This document shows, in pieces, positions 30,725 to 40,663 of a stretch of DNA of 64,000 nucleotides. Every line of letters starts with the position of its first letter. The first letter of the stretch is position 1. Source of the stretch: Candidatus Cloacimonadales bacterium (GTDB taxonomy: Bacteria > Cloacimonadota > Cloacimonadia > Cloacimonadales > JAFGVF01); contig OY759729.1 in NCBI GenBank assembly GCA_963662585.1, positions 800,001 to 864,000 of the forward strand, written 5' to 3'. Position numbers and translations under genes: made by a program. The notes under the pieces are model-generated. The model was not told where the DNA came from and did not search any database. It saw only the letters and a program-made list of their open reading frames with translations.

Positions 30725-32203
30725 CTATTCCTTAAAAATGGCCTTAAGCTCAGGATTGTTAGGATCTAACTCTCTTGCTTTACGCCAGTTTCTGATAGCA
30801 AGATCCTGTTTTCCTTGCCGATAATAGATTGAACCTAATTTAATATAAGCTAAAGCCATATCTGGAGCAAGTTTAATTGCTTTACGACACTCTTCTGCTG
30901 CTGGTTCAAATTCACTATTATAGAAAAAGTTTGTAGCATTCATTATATGAATAAGTGCTTGGTTATTAGTTTTATAAGTTTCAATTTTAGTTTTAGCGAC
31001 ATTAAGCTCTTCAATCTTACGAATATAATCATCTTGAGATACACCGACTATAACTTCTAAAGTATCTATAACAAAAACTGTATCTCTAATTAACTTCTCT
31101 ACATATACAGTATCAATTAATATTTGAGGTTGAGCTTTTTCCAAATTTGCTCTTACTGGTACTTCCACAATTGAAGTTTCTATCTTTGGTTCAACATGAA
31201 TTTTTAAATCATCTTCCCAAGAGTTAGAGGATCCTAATTGGAAGCATAATCCTAAGAAATGGTTACCATAAGGTATCTCTAAATCAGAGAAAATAGGGTA
31301 ACTAAATCCATAATCAAGAGATAGTCTAAGACTTCTACTCTCAATCATTTTTTTGGAATTAAAAGGATTTCGGTAAGATTTAACATAATTCTTTTCTATT
31401 AACTTAAAACCAAAACCCATTGTAACATCCTTATTATTTAGTCCTGTTCTAATCGTTAAGCTTTCATGCGGACGATACTCAGTTCCACCAGCATAGAAGT
31501 ATTCATTCTCCTCTAAAGTCGAATTTTGAATTAGTTTTGAATCCAACATCACTGATATTTTAGGTGAGAAATGAAAATTTAAACCTACGCCAAATTCTCG
31601 ATTAAGTTTTTCCTCATTAGAAGATTCTAGAGCTAAATTAGTAGCGAGTATATTTTTAGCAACAAAAGCTACCCTAGCATCGTTATTTATATTAAAAGAG
31701 GCTCCTAAGTCAAAGTCAACTCCTGATTTTGAGTTTTCATTATCTATAAAAAGTGGATCATTTTGAGTAAACTCATTATTCTCATAGCCAACATTATAGT
31801 AATTTAGTCCAGCTCCAAAATTGAATTTATTACCAAACATAGATCTTCCCCAATGGAAACCTGCCCGTAACTCTTGATAAATATTTGCTGAGAATACATC
31901 AGCTGAAAATGCTGTTGTTCCTAATGATGCTAGAGGAAAACCAAAAGCAAAGTAGTTGAAACTTAAGTCATCATTTTCTAAATCATAAAGATAGATTCTA
32001 GAGTCAGTAAGAAACTCTAAATGAGTATTAGCTAAAAGAGCTGGATTATAGACTGTTGCAGATAGATCTTCCGAGGAAGCTATACCCGTACCTCCTAAAG
32101 AGAAGTTTCTAATCCCTCCCTGTTGGAAATCAAAGCCTGATAAAGAAATAACATTCAGCAGACAAAACATTGATACTAAACCGATTATTTTTGAAATTTT
32201 CAT
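30725..32203 (-). CDS. PorP/PorV-like outer-membrane barrel fused to C-terminal TPR repeats
   Basis: Signal peptide; G.R..SLGG...ATVYNPALL start; alternating beta-strands; TPR AYIKLGSIYYRQGK...A. Confidence 0.65.
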   Translation of the reverse strand: MKISKIIGLVSMFCLLNVISLSGFDFQQGGIRNFSLGGTGIASSEDLSATVYNPALLANTHLEFLTDSRIYLYDLENDDLSFNYFAFGFPLASLGTTAFSADVFSANIYQELRAGFHWGRSMFGNKFNFGAGLNYYNVGYENNEFTQNDPLFIDNENSKSGVDFDLGASFNINNDARVAFVAKNILATNLALESSNEEKLNREFGVGLNFHFSPKISVMLDSKLIQNSTLEENEYFYAGGTEYRPHESLTIRTGLNNKDVTMGFGFKLIEKNYVKSYRNPFNSKKMIESRSLRLSLDYGFSYPIFSDLEIPYGNHFLGLCFQLGSSNSWEDDLKIHVEPKIETSIVEVPVRANLEKAQPQILIDTVYVEKLIRDTVFVIDTLEVIVGVSQDDYIRKIEELNVAKTKIETYKTNNQALIHIMNATNFFYNSEFEPAAEECRKAIKLAPDMALAYIKLGSIYYRQGKQDLAIRNWRKARELDPNNPELKAIFKE

Positions 32204-32213
32204 CTTGCTACCC

Positions 32214-35200
32214 CTACTTCGCTACTGTGATCGTGTTTCTATGAACTTTATCGCCATACTTAACCTGACAAATATAGATTCCAGCATTGACTGCTTTTCT
32301 ATCTTGATTCTTCCCATCCCAGATTGCCATTTGGAAATTTTGAATTCCTGAGCCGTCATCATAAAGATATGGATTTGGTGAAAGCTTTGCTATTTCCTTT
32401 CCTGCTCGATTGAAAATCTTGCAAGTGGCACTTTTATTGCTAGGAATAATAATTCTACTATAATCGTTTATACCATCAAAATTCAAGGAAATTATGTTTG
32501 GTATCACTTCAACTTTATCACTATTAATAGCTCTTTTAACAAAAATATTAAATTGTGCTTGGCTTTCTAATGATTCTGGCTGGTTATTATCCTCAGCCAA
32601 CAAGCTAATATCTAAGTTCTGTCCTGCATAATATTGATCATCAACTTGATACTGCAGAATAACACCTAAAGAGTCAGGATTGTTATTGTATGTTACCTTT
32701 TCTAGCTGATAATTCTCTATGGCCTTACCATTAACTTGAAAGATAATTGACTCTTCATTGATACCTACACCCTTATCTAAAATGGCTATCCTAAGGTGAT
32801 CATTAATTTCTATATCACTGTTAAGGGCAGGATGAAGCCAGACAAAATAAGGTGGGAAAGTATCAGGAATTATGTTAAAGCTATAAGTTTCATTGCAGGT
32901 GTTACCCACTAAGTCTGCTACTGAAACTTCAACATTTACTGTTTCCACATCGAAAAAACCAGCAGTACTATACCAAACTTCCAGCCTATCATCTCTTAAA
33001 GAATCTTGATAAGTTGTTACAAAATTGCCATTAATTTTCAAAGTTAAGCTCTCTTTATCAATACCAGATAAATCATCTTTCAAGGAAAGATAAAGTATTG
33101 AATTAGCATAACCTTCACCTCCATCAGCTGGAGAAGCTGTTTCTAAATATGGAGCTTCAGTATCACTTTCTGTAGTGAAAGAATAAGAATAGTTTGCAGC
33201 ATTATTATTGCTTGAGGTATCCATAGCATAGATTTGAATTCTGACTATTTCCCCAAATCCAAAAGGTTCTAATGGCTGATAACTTAATCTAAAACCAATA
33301 CCTTCTTCATTTTCAAGTGCAACTAAATCAAAATCTGATATAGTCTGGTTATTAACTTTGAAGATAATAGAGTTGGAATCAACTTCTGATTCGGCATCTA
33401 AGATAAGCATTGAAATCGAAGTATCTATTGGGATATCTGTACTTTCAGCAGAAGGATTCAAGCCTGTGAAAAATGGTGCTTCTTGATCATCATCTACAAC
33501 AGTAAAAGAGTAATTAAAATTGGTTAATGTATTAGGAGAAGAAGCTAAATCACTCACACTAATAACGACTCTTACAAGTTCTCCATACTCAAAATCAGCT
33601 CCAGAATAATTAACTTGATAGAAAAAAGTCTCAGGTATTAGTGTTGTTTCTGCTTCTATAATTTCGTCATTAACTTTCATTACCAAGCTTTCAATATCTA
33701 CACCAATTCCGTTATCAATAATTTCAAAATAGATATCACTATCAATTGCGACTGCACTAGCGTTTGGTTCAGGATTAAAATTTACCAATTCTGGTTCTAC
33801 TAAATCAGGAGTAATTCTAAAGTAATAATTATTCTCATAAGTATTTGCCGGAAGTTCTAAATCTGAACAAGATATATTAACATTAACTAATTGATCAAAA
33901 TCATAAGGATAATCTAATAAATAAAGGACATCAAAGCCATTAGTTATAGCTGCGATATTTAACTGATCTGTCACATCAATATCATCTATCAAAACTTGAA
34001 GACTTGTTCTATCTACTCCTGTCTTTTCATCATAGATTTTGAAGCTAAGATTGGTATCGACAGGGACATTTATCTCACCTTCAGCTGGATACAAATCAGA
34101 AAGATAAGGAGCTTCAACATCTAATGTAGTAGTAAAAGTGTAACTTTCAAGAGGCATTACATTTGAAGGTGTCTCTAAATCACCAACTTCTATTTGCACA
34201 GTAACCTCTCCGATAAGTCTTTCTGTTGGATTATAAATCACCCGATATCCATTATTTAAAGTGCTTATCGATATTGATTCGCTTCCTACTATTTCCATAT
34301 CATTTATTAAAATTGAAAGAGTAGAGATATCAACACCACTTAATAAATCAAAAATATCTACCCTGAATTGAGTATTTGTTGCATTATCAGTACTAAATTT
34401 AGCAGGTAAATGATTAGCTGTATAAGGTGCTTGGTTATCTGGAATTACAGTAAATACTGAAGTGGTGTCAATACTATTACTATTAGTAGAAGCATCTTCA
34501 ATATAAAAATGTATTTCTCTTTCACCAAAGGTAAGGAGCTGATTTTCTAAAGGGTTATATAGTACTTTCATTCTGCCATTAGGAAGAGTAGTTATCTCAG
34601 CCTGGGGTAATAAATCTACACCATCTAAAGTAAAAATTAATGAGTTTTGATTAAGAGAAGATTCAGTATCAGCTACTTCGACAAAAATAAGATTTGTTCT
34701 TGCTACCTCTTCCCCATAGGAAGGTTCTATAAATATTATGGAAGGGGAAGAATTATCCTGTCCGCAAACAAAAGAGTAATTAAAGGTTGTCATAATATTA
34801 GGATTAGGAGCTAAATCTTCACAGTCAATAGCAACAAAGACTTCTTCACCAAAAGTGAAATTAGTTGGTGGATTAATAATAATCCTAAAGTTGTTAACTT
34901 CCCCTAGATGAGAAAAGTAAGGACTTCCAGAGTAGTAATTTGTACCATTCACATTAACGACTATCGAGCTAAGGTTTACCCCTTCCCCCAAGTCATAAGC
35001 ATTAAATTCAATATTAGTGTCTACAGCTACACCCTGTTCACCATTAGCAGGTTGCCACTGATTAGTAAAAGGAGGGTCTGTATCTTCTCGAGTGAAAAAC
35101 CTATAATTAATGGTTGGAACATGCCAACCTTGATCATCATTAGCATCAATAGCAACATTAATAATCTGATTATAGCCAAAATAGCTTTCTGGTGAGATAG

Positions 35201-36881
35201 TAATTCTGTAAAAATTTCCACTTCCACTATATGATAAGTTACTACTGTTTATATCATAGTTAGAACCAGCAATATTAACATTTATAGAGCTCAAATCAAT
35301 TTGCTGGTCATCTGATAAGGAAAAAGCAATAGATTGGTCAATATCTACATTAGTTGTCCCGTCTGTTGGAAGAAGATTCCACACCCAAGGGATGCCACCA
35401 AAAATAGAGTATGCTTTCCCCTTGTTGCTTCCAGCTTCGATTGAACCTAACCAGACATCTTCTTTCAAGTCATTATTAAAATCAGCTACATAGAAGGAGC
35501 TTCCTAATTTAGCATTTGGAGATTCTCCATAATAAATTTCATCAAATTCATCAACAGCTAAATCGTAATTACTTTCATATTGTGTTCTTCCATACATTAC
35601 ATATACAAGACCACTTTCACTTCCATTATTAGTAGAAGCTTGCGGGGATGAAATTACAATATCTGCTGGAGTATCAGCTTTTATATTGCCTATGTATAAC
35701 ATCTCTCCGAAGATATTATCTTCTATTAATTGATGAGTAATTGTGGAATTAGAATTTTCACTATTCAAAACAAGATTATCTGCCAGAGTATTACTTCCAA
35801 ACAGAAGATAAATCATATTAGTTGTAGATTGGTTAGAAAAATCAGTAATTAATAAATCTCCAAAACCATCCCCATTAACATCACCTGAAGCTACTGCTTT
35901 ACCTAATCTGGAAGAATGATAAGCACCAGTAAATTTATTACTTATATAAGTAGAATCTGTTAGATTAATTTCATCATAAGGGAAAAAAGCTCTTCCTTTG
36001 ATTATATAAACAACTCCATTATTTACTAAAGCACCATCATCAACTCCAGGACTACCCAAGATGAGATCTTGATATTGATCACCATTAATATTGCTTGTAT
36101 TTAAGGAACTACCTAAATTTGCATTTATAGAACTACCTGGTATAAAGGTAACATTATTTGCTTGTGAGAGATTAACCGTGGATGAATAAGTTTCTTGAGA
36201 CCATATTAAATATACTTTTCCGCAATTAAGAAGTTGCTCTTGGTCTGCATGAGGAGTACCAATGATTACTTCATCTTCATTATCATTATTCAGATCAGAC
36301 ATTAGAAGAGATTGACCTAAAAAATCATTGGCGGATTCACCAACAAATAAATGATTAGCTGAATAAGTACTTAAATCAATAATTGCAGGTAAATTCTGGC
36401 TTCCGTAAAAAAGATATACTTTACCTACCTGGAGAGTGCTACCATCATCACTATAGGGAGCAGAAATGGCAAAATCAGCATAGTTATCTCCATTAATTGA
36501 ACCAACAGTTAAGCTATAACCTAGCTTATCACCACTCTGAGCACCATAAATTGTTATATCAGCACTGTCACTATTTAGATTTAAGTAGTTACTCTGTTCA
36601 GTTTGAATATCACCCCAGAAAATATATACTTCACCAGCAGAATTTCTTCCAAGTGGGTCAGATGAGGGACTCGAGATGATTATATCATCAATACCATCAC
36701 CATTGATATCACCAGCAGAAATTTCATATCCAAATTGGTCAAAAGCATTTTTACCTTGAATAGAGTAATTACCTTGCCATTGATTTAAATCAAATTGCTT
36801 TTCCCCAAAGAGATAACAAAAAAAGGAAAGTAGGGATATTACCAGTAACAAACCGTGCTTTTTAGTGTAGTACCATCTCAT
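32214..36881 (-). CDS. FG-GAP repeat + tandem Ig-like domain surface protein with type-B T9SS-like CTD
   Basis: GDINGDGIDD-type repeats; about 9 D..PP....P...V..D..I.F Ig-like repeats; C-terminal PNIISLNFDGIND..IFNRAG..WDG..GIY; AGGAG RBS favours ATG 36881. Confidence 0.82.
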   Translation of the reverse strand: MRWYYTKKHGLLLVISLLSFFCYLFGEKQFDLNQWQGNYSIQGKNAFDQFGYEISAGDINGDGIDDIIISSPSSDPLGRNSAGEVYIFWGDIQTEQSNYLNLNSDSADITIYGAQSGDKLGYSLTVGSINGDNYADFAISAPYSDDGSTLQVGKVYLFYGSQNLPAIIDLSTYSANHLFVGESANDFLGQSLLMSDLNNDNEDEVIIGTPHADQEQLLNCGKVYLIWSQETYSSTVNLSQANNVTFIPGSSINANLGSSLNTSNINGDQYQDLILGSPGVDDGALVNNGVVYIIKGRAFFPYDEINLTDSTYISNKFTGAYHSSRLGKAVASGDVNGDGFGDLLITDFSNQSTTNMIYLLFGSNTLADNLVLNSENSNSTITHQLIEDNIFGEMLYIGNIKADTPADIVISSPQASTNNGSESGLVYVMYGRTQYESNYDLAVDEFDEIYYGESPNAKLGSSFYVADFNNDLKEDVWLGSIEAGSNKGKAYSIFGGIPWVWNLLPTDGTTNVDIDQSIAFSLSDDQQIDLSSINVNIAGSNYDINSSNLSYSGSGNFYRITISPESYFGYNQIINVAIDANDDQGWHVPTINYRFFTREDTDPPFTNQWQPANGEQGVAVDTNIEFNAYDLGEGVNLSSIVVNVNGTNYYSGSPYFSHLGEVNNFRIIINPPTNFTFGEEVFVAIDCEDLAPNPNIMTTFNYSFVCGQDNSSPSIIFIEPSYGEEVARTNLIFVEVADTESSLNQNSLIFTLDGVDLLPQAEITTLPNGRMKVLYNPLENQLLTFGEREIHFYIEDASTNSNSIDTTSVFTVIPDNQAPYTANHLPAKFSTDNATNTQFRVDIFDLLSGVDISTLSILINDMEIVGSESISISTLNNGYRVIYNPTERLIGEVTVQIEVGDLETPSNVMPLESYTFTTTLDVEAPYLSDLYPAEGEINVPVDTNLSFKIYDEKTGVDRTSLQVLIDDIDVTDQLNIAAITNGFDVLYLLDYPYDFDQLVNVNISCSDLELPANTYENNYYFRITPDLVEPELVNFNPEPNASAVAIDSDIYFEIIDNGIGVDIESLVMKVNDEIIEAETTLIPETFFYQVNYSGADFEYGELVRVVISVSDLASSPNTLTNFNYSFTVVDDDQEAPFFTGLNPSAESTDIPIDTSISMLILDAESEVDSNSIIFKVNNQTISDFDLVALENEEGIGFRLSYQPLEPFGFGEIVRIQIYAMDTSSNNNAANYSYSFTTESDTEAPYLETASPADGGEGYANSILYLSLKDDLSGIDKESLTLKINGNFVTTYQDSLRDDRLEVWYSTAGFFDVETVNVEVSVADLVGNTCNETYSFNIIPDTFPPYFVWLHPALNSDIEINDHLRIAILDKGVGINEESIIFQVNGKAIENYQLEKVTYNNNPDSLGVILQYQVDDQYYAGQNLDISLLAEDNNQPESLESQAQFNIFVKRAINSDKVEVIPNIISLNFDGINDYSRIIIPSNKSATCKIFNRAGKEIAKLSPNPYLYDDGSGIQNFQMAIWDGKNQDRKAVNAGIYICQVKYGDKVHRNTITVAK

Positions 36882-36911
36882 ATTATTAGTGCTCCTATTT
36901 TTCATAAGCTG

Positions 36912-36999
36912 ATAATATTTTATCATTCTATAAAGTCAATAAAAATATTTATAAAAAAAAACTTGCCAATTATTTTACTTTTCTCAAAATTGCTACAAT
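36912..36999. promoter_or_regulatory. Divergent promoter region
   Basis: Minus strand: TTGACT-16-TATTAT (36939-36912). Plus strand: TTGCCA at 36963 and TGcTACAAT at 36991-36999. Confidence 0.45.
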
Positions 37000-37011
37000 A
37001 GAGGTAAATTA

Positions 37012-38391
37012 ATGAAATCTTATTTAGTTTTATTATGGGCTCTATTCCTAAGCACTAATTTATTGTATTCTAATCCTGTGAAAAACTCACTTGGAGAACT
37101 AAAAGCAGAAAATGAATTAGCTCAGAGAATAGAGAAAAATTTAAGTAATGTAGTCGAGAAATCTATAGTCTTTGTTGACCTAGATTTAAAGTATAATCTA
37201 TTTAATCCTTCATCTGGGGATTTAAAGCTTGATCAAAATTTGAGCCTTCCTGGACTTCCTGTCGGGAAAACCGTAAGTTCAGTTCCCAATATCGACTTAA
37301 CAGACTATGCCCCAACAGAAATTACAAAGATAAATATTTCTGTAAGAGTACCCAATGATACAGATGATACAATCCTAAAACAGATCGAAGATATTGTTAT
37401 TAAAACATCATCAATGGATCTTCTCGGGAATGATGAGTTACTAGTTACTCCTGATTTACCAGTATTAGAAAAGGGTAACTCAATATTTACCTACCAGAAT
37501 TTTATTATATTAATAGCACTTTTTTTAATTTTCATAATAATTAACAATATGAAAAGCAGTACGAAAATAATCGCTAAATCATTAAGAAGAATCAAAATAT
37601 CAAATTTAGAGCAATTAAAAGATAGTGATAGCAGAGATTTTAAATTTTATGGAAATTCCAAAAATGGAGATGAACAATCTTCAAAGTTTAAATCAGATAA
37701 ACCTATCCAAGTTAAATTGATAAAAGAAGATGAGGCTGTAGAAGATACTAATTTAGATTTCTTGAATGAACTTTCAAACAGTATTTTCCTTTCAATCATA
37801 AAAAATGAAAATCCAAAAGAGATTGCTTATATTCTAACCCAAGTTGAACCTAAAAAAGTCGATTATTTTTTCAAATTCTATGATGGTTCAACTGATGAAG
37901 TGATAAAAAATCTTTTAAATCTTGAAAATATTCTTCAATTAGATATCAAAATTATGGTTGTAGGAATGTATCAAAAGTATCTTGAAGCTTTAGAGAAGAA
38001 TCCATTAAAGATTAATAACATTAAGACTTTGGTTAGTTTTATTAATAATTCATCACTTGTTGTAGCTCAGAAATTATTTGATAAAATTAAAGAATTCAAT
38101 CCTGAAATTGCTGAAGAAGTTAAGAAGAAGATATTCCTATTAGATGATATTTTAACTCTTAAGAATGTCCAGATTGAACAGATTAATAGTGAGTTTGAAC
38201 ATCTTGAGATGGTGCAATTCTTAAAATGTCTACCTAACAATATAAAACAAAAATTCTTCTCTCAACTATCTGAACGAGCAGTTATGATTCTTAAAGAGGA
38301 TATGGAAATTATTGGTACAATTCCAGAGGATGATATAGATAGTATTATTAATCATTCATTAAGCAAAATTCGTTATATTTTAAATTATTAA
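37012..38391 (+). CDS. Putative FliF(RBM3)-TM-FliG(M/C) fusion rotor protein
   Basis: Signal peptide; FliF_C-like ELAQRIEKNLSNVV..VDLDL and ITKINISVRV..LKQIEDIV..MDLLGNDEL; one TM helix; FliG-like ENPKEIAYIL, NPEIAEEVKKKIFLLDDI, LSERAVMILKEDME. Confidence 0.7.
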   Translation: MKSYLVLLWALFLSTNLLYSNPVKNSLGELKAENELAQRIEKNLSNVVEKSIVFVDLDLKYNLFNPSSGDLKLDQNLSLPGLPVGKTVSSVPNIDLTDYAPTEITKINISVRVPNDTDDTILKQIEDIVIKTSSMDLLGNDELLVTPDLPVLEKGNSIFTYQNFIILIALFLIFIIINNMKSSTKIIAKSLRRIKISNLEQLKDSDSRDFKFYGNSKNGDEQSSKFKSDKPIQVKLIKEDEAVEDTNLDFLNELSNSIFLSIIKNENPKEIAYILTQVEPKKVDYFFKFYDGSTDEVIKNLLNLENILQLDIKIMVVGMYQKYLEALEKNPLKINNIKTLVSFINNSSLVVAQKLFDKIKEFNPEIAEEVKKKIFLLDDILTLKNVQIEQINSEFEHLEMVQFLKCLPNNIKQKFFSQLSERAVMILKEDMEIIGTIPEDDIDSIINHSLSKIRYILNY

Positions 38392-38400
38392 GGATAAATT

Positions 38401-39138
38401 ATGAAAATTTCTACATTTGTAGGTGGATTTCTCAGTGTTTTGATTCTCTTTATAGCCATAAATAGCAAGGGAGATTTATCTGCTTATTTAGACCCAATTG
38501 CTCTCTTAGTTACACTTGGTGGCACTATTACATCACTTATTAGCACCTATTCTGCTTCTTCACTGATAATTGCCTTGAAAGACTTTTTTCATAATACAAC
38601 AGAGGACAGAGTTAGTCATGCTGATTTAGTCGAAACAATCATTTCGATTAGTAAAGATTCCCGTTCAATCACTATAAAAGAGATTATGGATCATGATGAT
38701 GTGCAAAAGTTTCCCTTTTTAAAAAATGCTCTTAAACTAATCACCGATAATTTACCTATAGATGAAATACCTTACCTTTTAGAAAAAGAAAGTTATTCGA
38801 TATTAACTAAACATAAAAATTCAGCTAAGATATTTAGTGTGGCAAGTAATATTGCTCCACTTTTTGGAATGATAGGTACAGTTATAGGACTAATTTCTAT
38901 GTTAGGAAATATTTCTAACCCTGCAGTTATTCCTAAGGCTATGAGTCTTGCTCTAGTAACAACTCTTTATGGACTAATAACTTCAGTTGTTGTGTTTAGA
39001 CCTATGTCAGGTAAATTAGCTACTAAAGCCGAATATACCTATATGAGTAGAAAGATCATCATCGAGGGTGTAATAGGTATAATGAATAAAAAGAACTCTG
39101 AATTAATTAAAGCTGGTTTAGAAAAAATTTATGTTTAA
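38401..39138 (+). CDS. motA: MotA/PomA-family stator A subunit
   Basis: LLVTLGGT, PFLKNALKLITD, APLFGMIGTVIGLISML, ALVTTLYG, IIIEGV. Confidence 0.9.
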   Translation: MKISTFVGGFLSVLILFIAINSKGDLSAYLDPIALLVTLGGTITSLISTYSASSLIIALKDFFHNTTEDRVSHADLVETIISISKDSRSITIKEIMDHDDVQKFPFLKNALKLITDNLPIDEIPYLLEKESYSILTKHKNSAKIFSVASNIAPLFGMIGTVIGLISMLGNISNPAVIPKAMSLALVTTLYGLITSVVVFRPMSGKLATKAEYTYMSRKIIIEGVIGIMNKKNSELIKAGLEKIYV

Positions 39139-39826
39139 TTCTTTCATTAACAGAAGAAAAAATAAAGTTAATAAGTATGATATTACTGAAAGTAATCAAA
39201 ATCATAGTGGTGAAGAATTCGATAGTCCTGAGAGCGACTTTTCAGGTTTCTATGTAAGTTTAGTGCCTTACTCAGATATGATGACTCTCCTATTAATCTT
39301 TTTTGTCTTTTTCTACCTTGTTAAGGATACTGAATTAGGTTGGAAAACTGTAGCTGATGAACAGTCTAAGAAAGTTCTTTCTACTAATGAAGTAGCAATT
39401 GATTCTACTCTATATGAAGAGGTGGTAGATCTTAATGAAAAGGTAATATCTATACCTGGAGAGATTCTCTTTGAAAGTGGTGAAGCCAATTTAAAATGGA
39501 ATTCTCAGGGCACTTTATTAGAAATTGCCAAGGAAATTCAGGCAGTTATCAGTGATGGTGATAAGTGGAGTATTAGAATAGAAGGACATACAGATAATAT
39601 TCCAATATCTAATTCTCGATATGCTTCCAATTGGGAATTATCAACAGCAAGAGCATTGAGTATAGTTAAATTCTTTTTAAGAAATGATTATTTTAGCGCT
39701 GACCAACTTCAAATAATGGGCTATGGAGAATTCAAACCATTAGTTCCCAACGACACTGAAATGAACAGAGAAAAGAATAGAAGAGTGGAAATTAAATTAA
39801 GTAAACAGAGAAAAGAGGAGATCTAA
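39131..39826 (+). CDS. motB: MotB/PomB-family stator B subunit with OmpA-like domain
   Basis: PYSDMMTLLLIFF (conserved Asp), LFESG, IEGHTD, SNWELSTARA, NRRVEI. Confidence 0.92.
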   Translation: MFNSFINRRKNKVNKYDITESNQNHSGEEFDSPESDFSGFYVSLVPYSDMMTLLLIFFVFFYLVKDTELGWKTVADEQSKKVLSTNEVAIDSTLYEEVVDLNEKVISIPGEILFESGEANLKWNSQGTLLEIAKEIQAVISDGDKWSIRIEGHTDNIPISNSRYASNWELSTARALSIVKFFLRNDYFSADQLQIMGYGEFKPLVPNDTEMNREKNRRVEIKLSKQRKEEI

Positions 39827-40659
39827 TGATTGATTATTACTCATTTTGGGATTTAAAGTCTGCTCCTTTTCAGGATAATAACGACCCTCGCTTCTATTAT
39901 AAAAGTAGTGACCATTTAGAAGCTTTAGAAAGACTTCACTATGTTACTGAGTCTGGTTCAATGAATATGGGTATGCTAAGTGGAGAAGTAGGAACAGGTA
40001 AAACAATAACCAAATTAGTACTGTTAGATTCTTTAAAAAGAGCTAATCCTAAAAATATGGTAGTTAACATAAATTCTACCTCTTACAGTTATGCAGAGAT
40101 AATGCAAGAAACTCTCTATCAATTAACCAATATCGATCCAGATCAATTACCTTCAAGAAGATACTCTTTAGAAATTAAATTGAGAAAGTTCTTAGAAAAT
40201 AGAATAGATTCATCAAATAATAGATTATTTTTACTCTTCGATGAAGCCCAGAAAATAGCTTCTCGTGATTTGGATTACTTAAAAGATTTAACTAATATAA
40301 CTTTTGGTTATGATAGTCCTGTTATTATCATTTTAATTGGGCAACCCTCCTTGATAAAGAATGTAGAAAAGCTACCTCAAGTGAATCAAAGAATAGGTAT
40401 GAGATACCACTTAACCCACTTATCTAAGAATGATACTAGTAAATATATCCAACACAGACTGAAAATTGCTGGTGCAAGTAAAGAGATTTTCTCACAAGAA
40501 GCCCGAGAACTAATTCATTCTAAAACTAAAGGTATCCCTAGGGAAATAAATCGAGTTTGTAAAATTTCAATGGACATCGCTTCTATGGAGAAGATTGAGC
40601 TCATTGATGAAGAATTGATTGAAATAGTATTTCAAGATTTAGAGAATAACGGACAATAA
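39826..40659 (+). CDS. ExeA-like AAA+ ATPase
   Basis: PF...DPRFYY, GEVGTGKT Walker A, FDEAQ Walker B, LIGQP, YIQHRL, GIPREIN. Confidence 0.9.
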   Translation: MIDYYSFWDLKSAPFQDNNDPRFYYKSSDHLEALERLHYVTESGSMNMGMLSGEVGTGKTITKLVLLDSLKRANPKNMVVNINSTSYSYAEIMQETLYQLTNIDPDQLPSRRYSLEIKLRKFLENRIDSSNNRLFLLFDEAQKIASRDLDYLKDLTNITFGYDSPVIIILIGQPSLIKNVEKLPQVNQRIGMRYHLTHLSKNDTSKYIQHRLKIAGASKEIFSQEARELIHSKTKGIPREINRVCKISMDIASMEKIELIDEELIEIVFQDLENNGQ

Positions 40660-40663
40660 ATAC

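Noticed and set aside
38401..39826. Zorya anti-phage system (zorAB)
   Set aside because: MotA is short with no long ZorA tail, no zorC/D/E-like genes are adjacent, and a FliG-like partner is present
37012..39826. Ordinary flagellar operon fragment
   Set aside because: The FliG-like protein has a signal peptide, a TM helix and a fused periplasmic domain, and no other flagellar genes flank it; flagellar genes elsewhere in the genome cannot be excluded from this window
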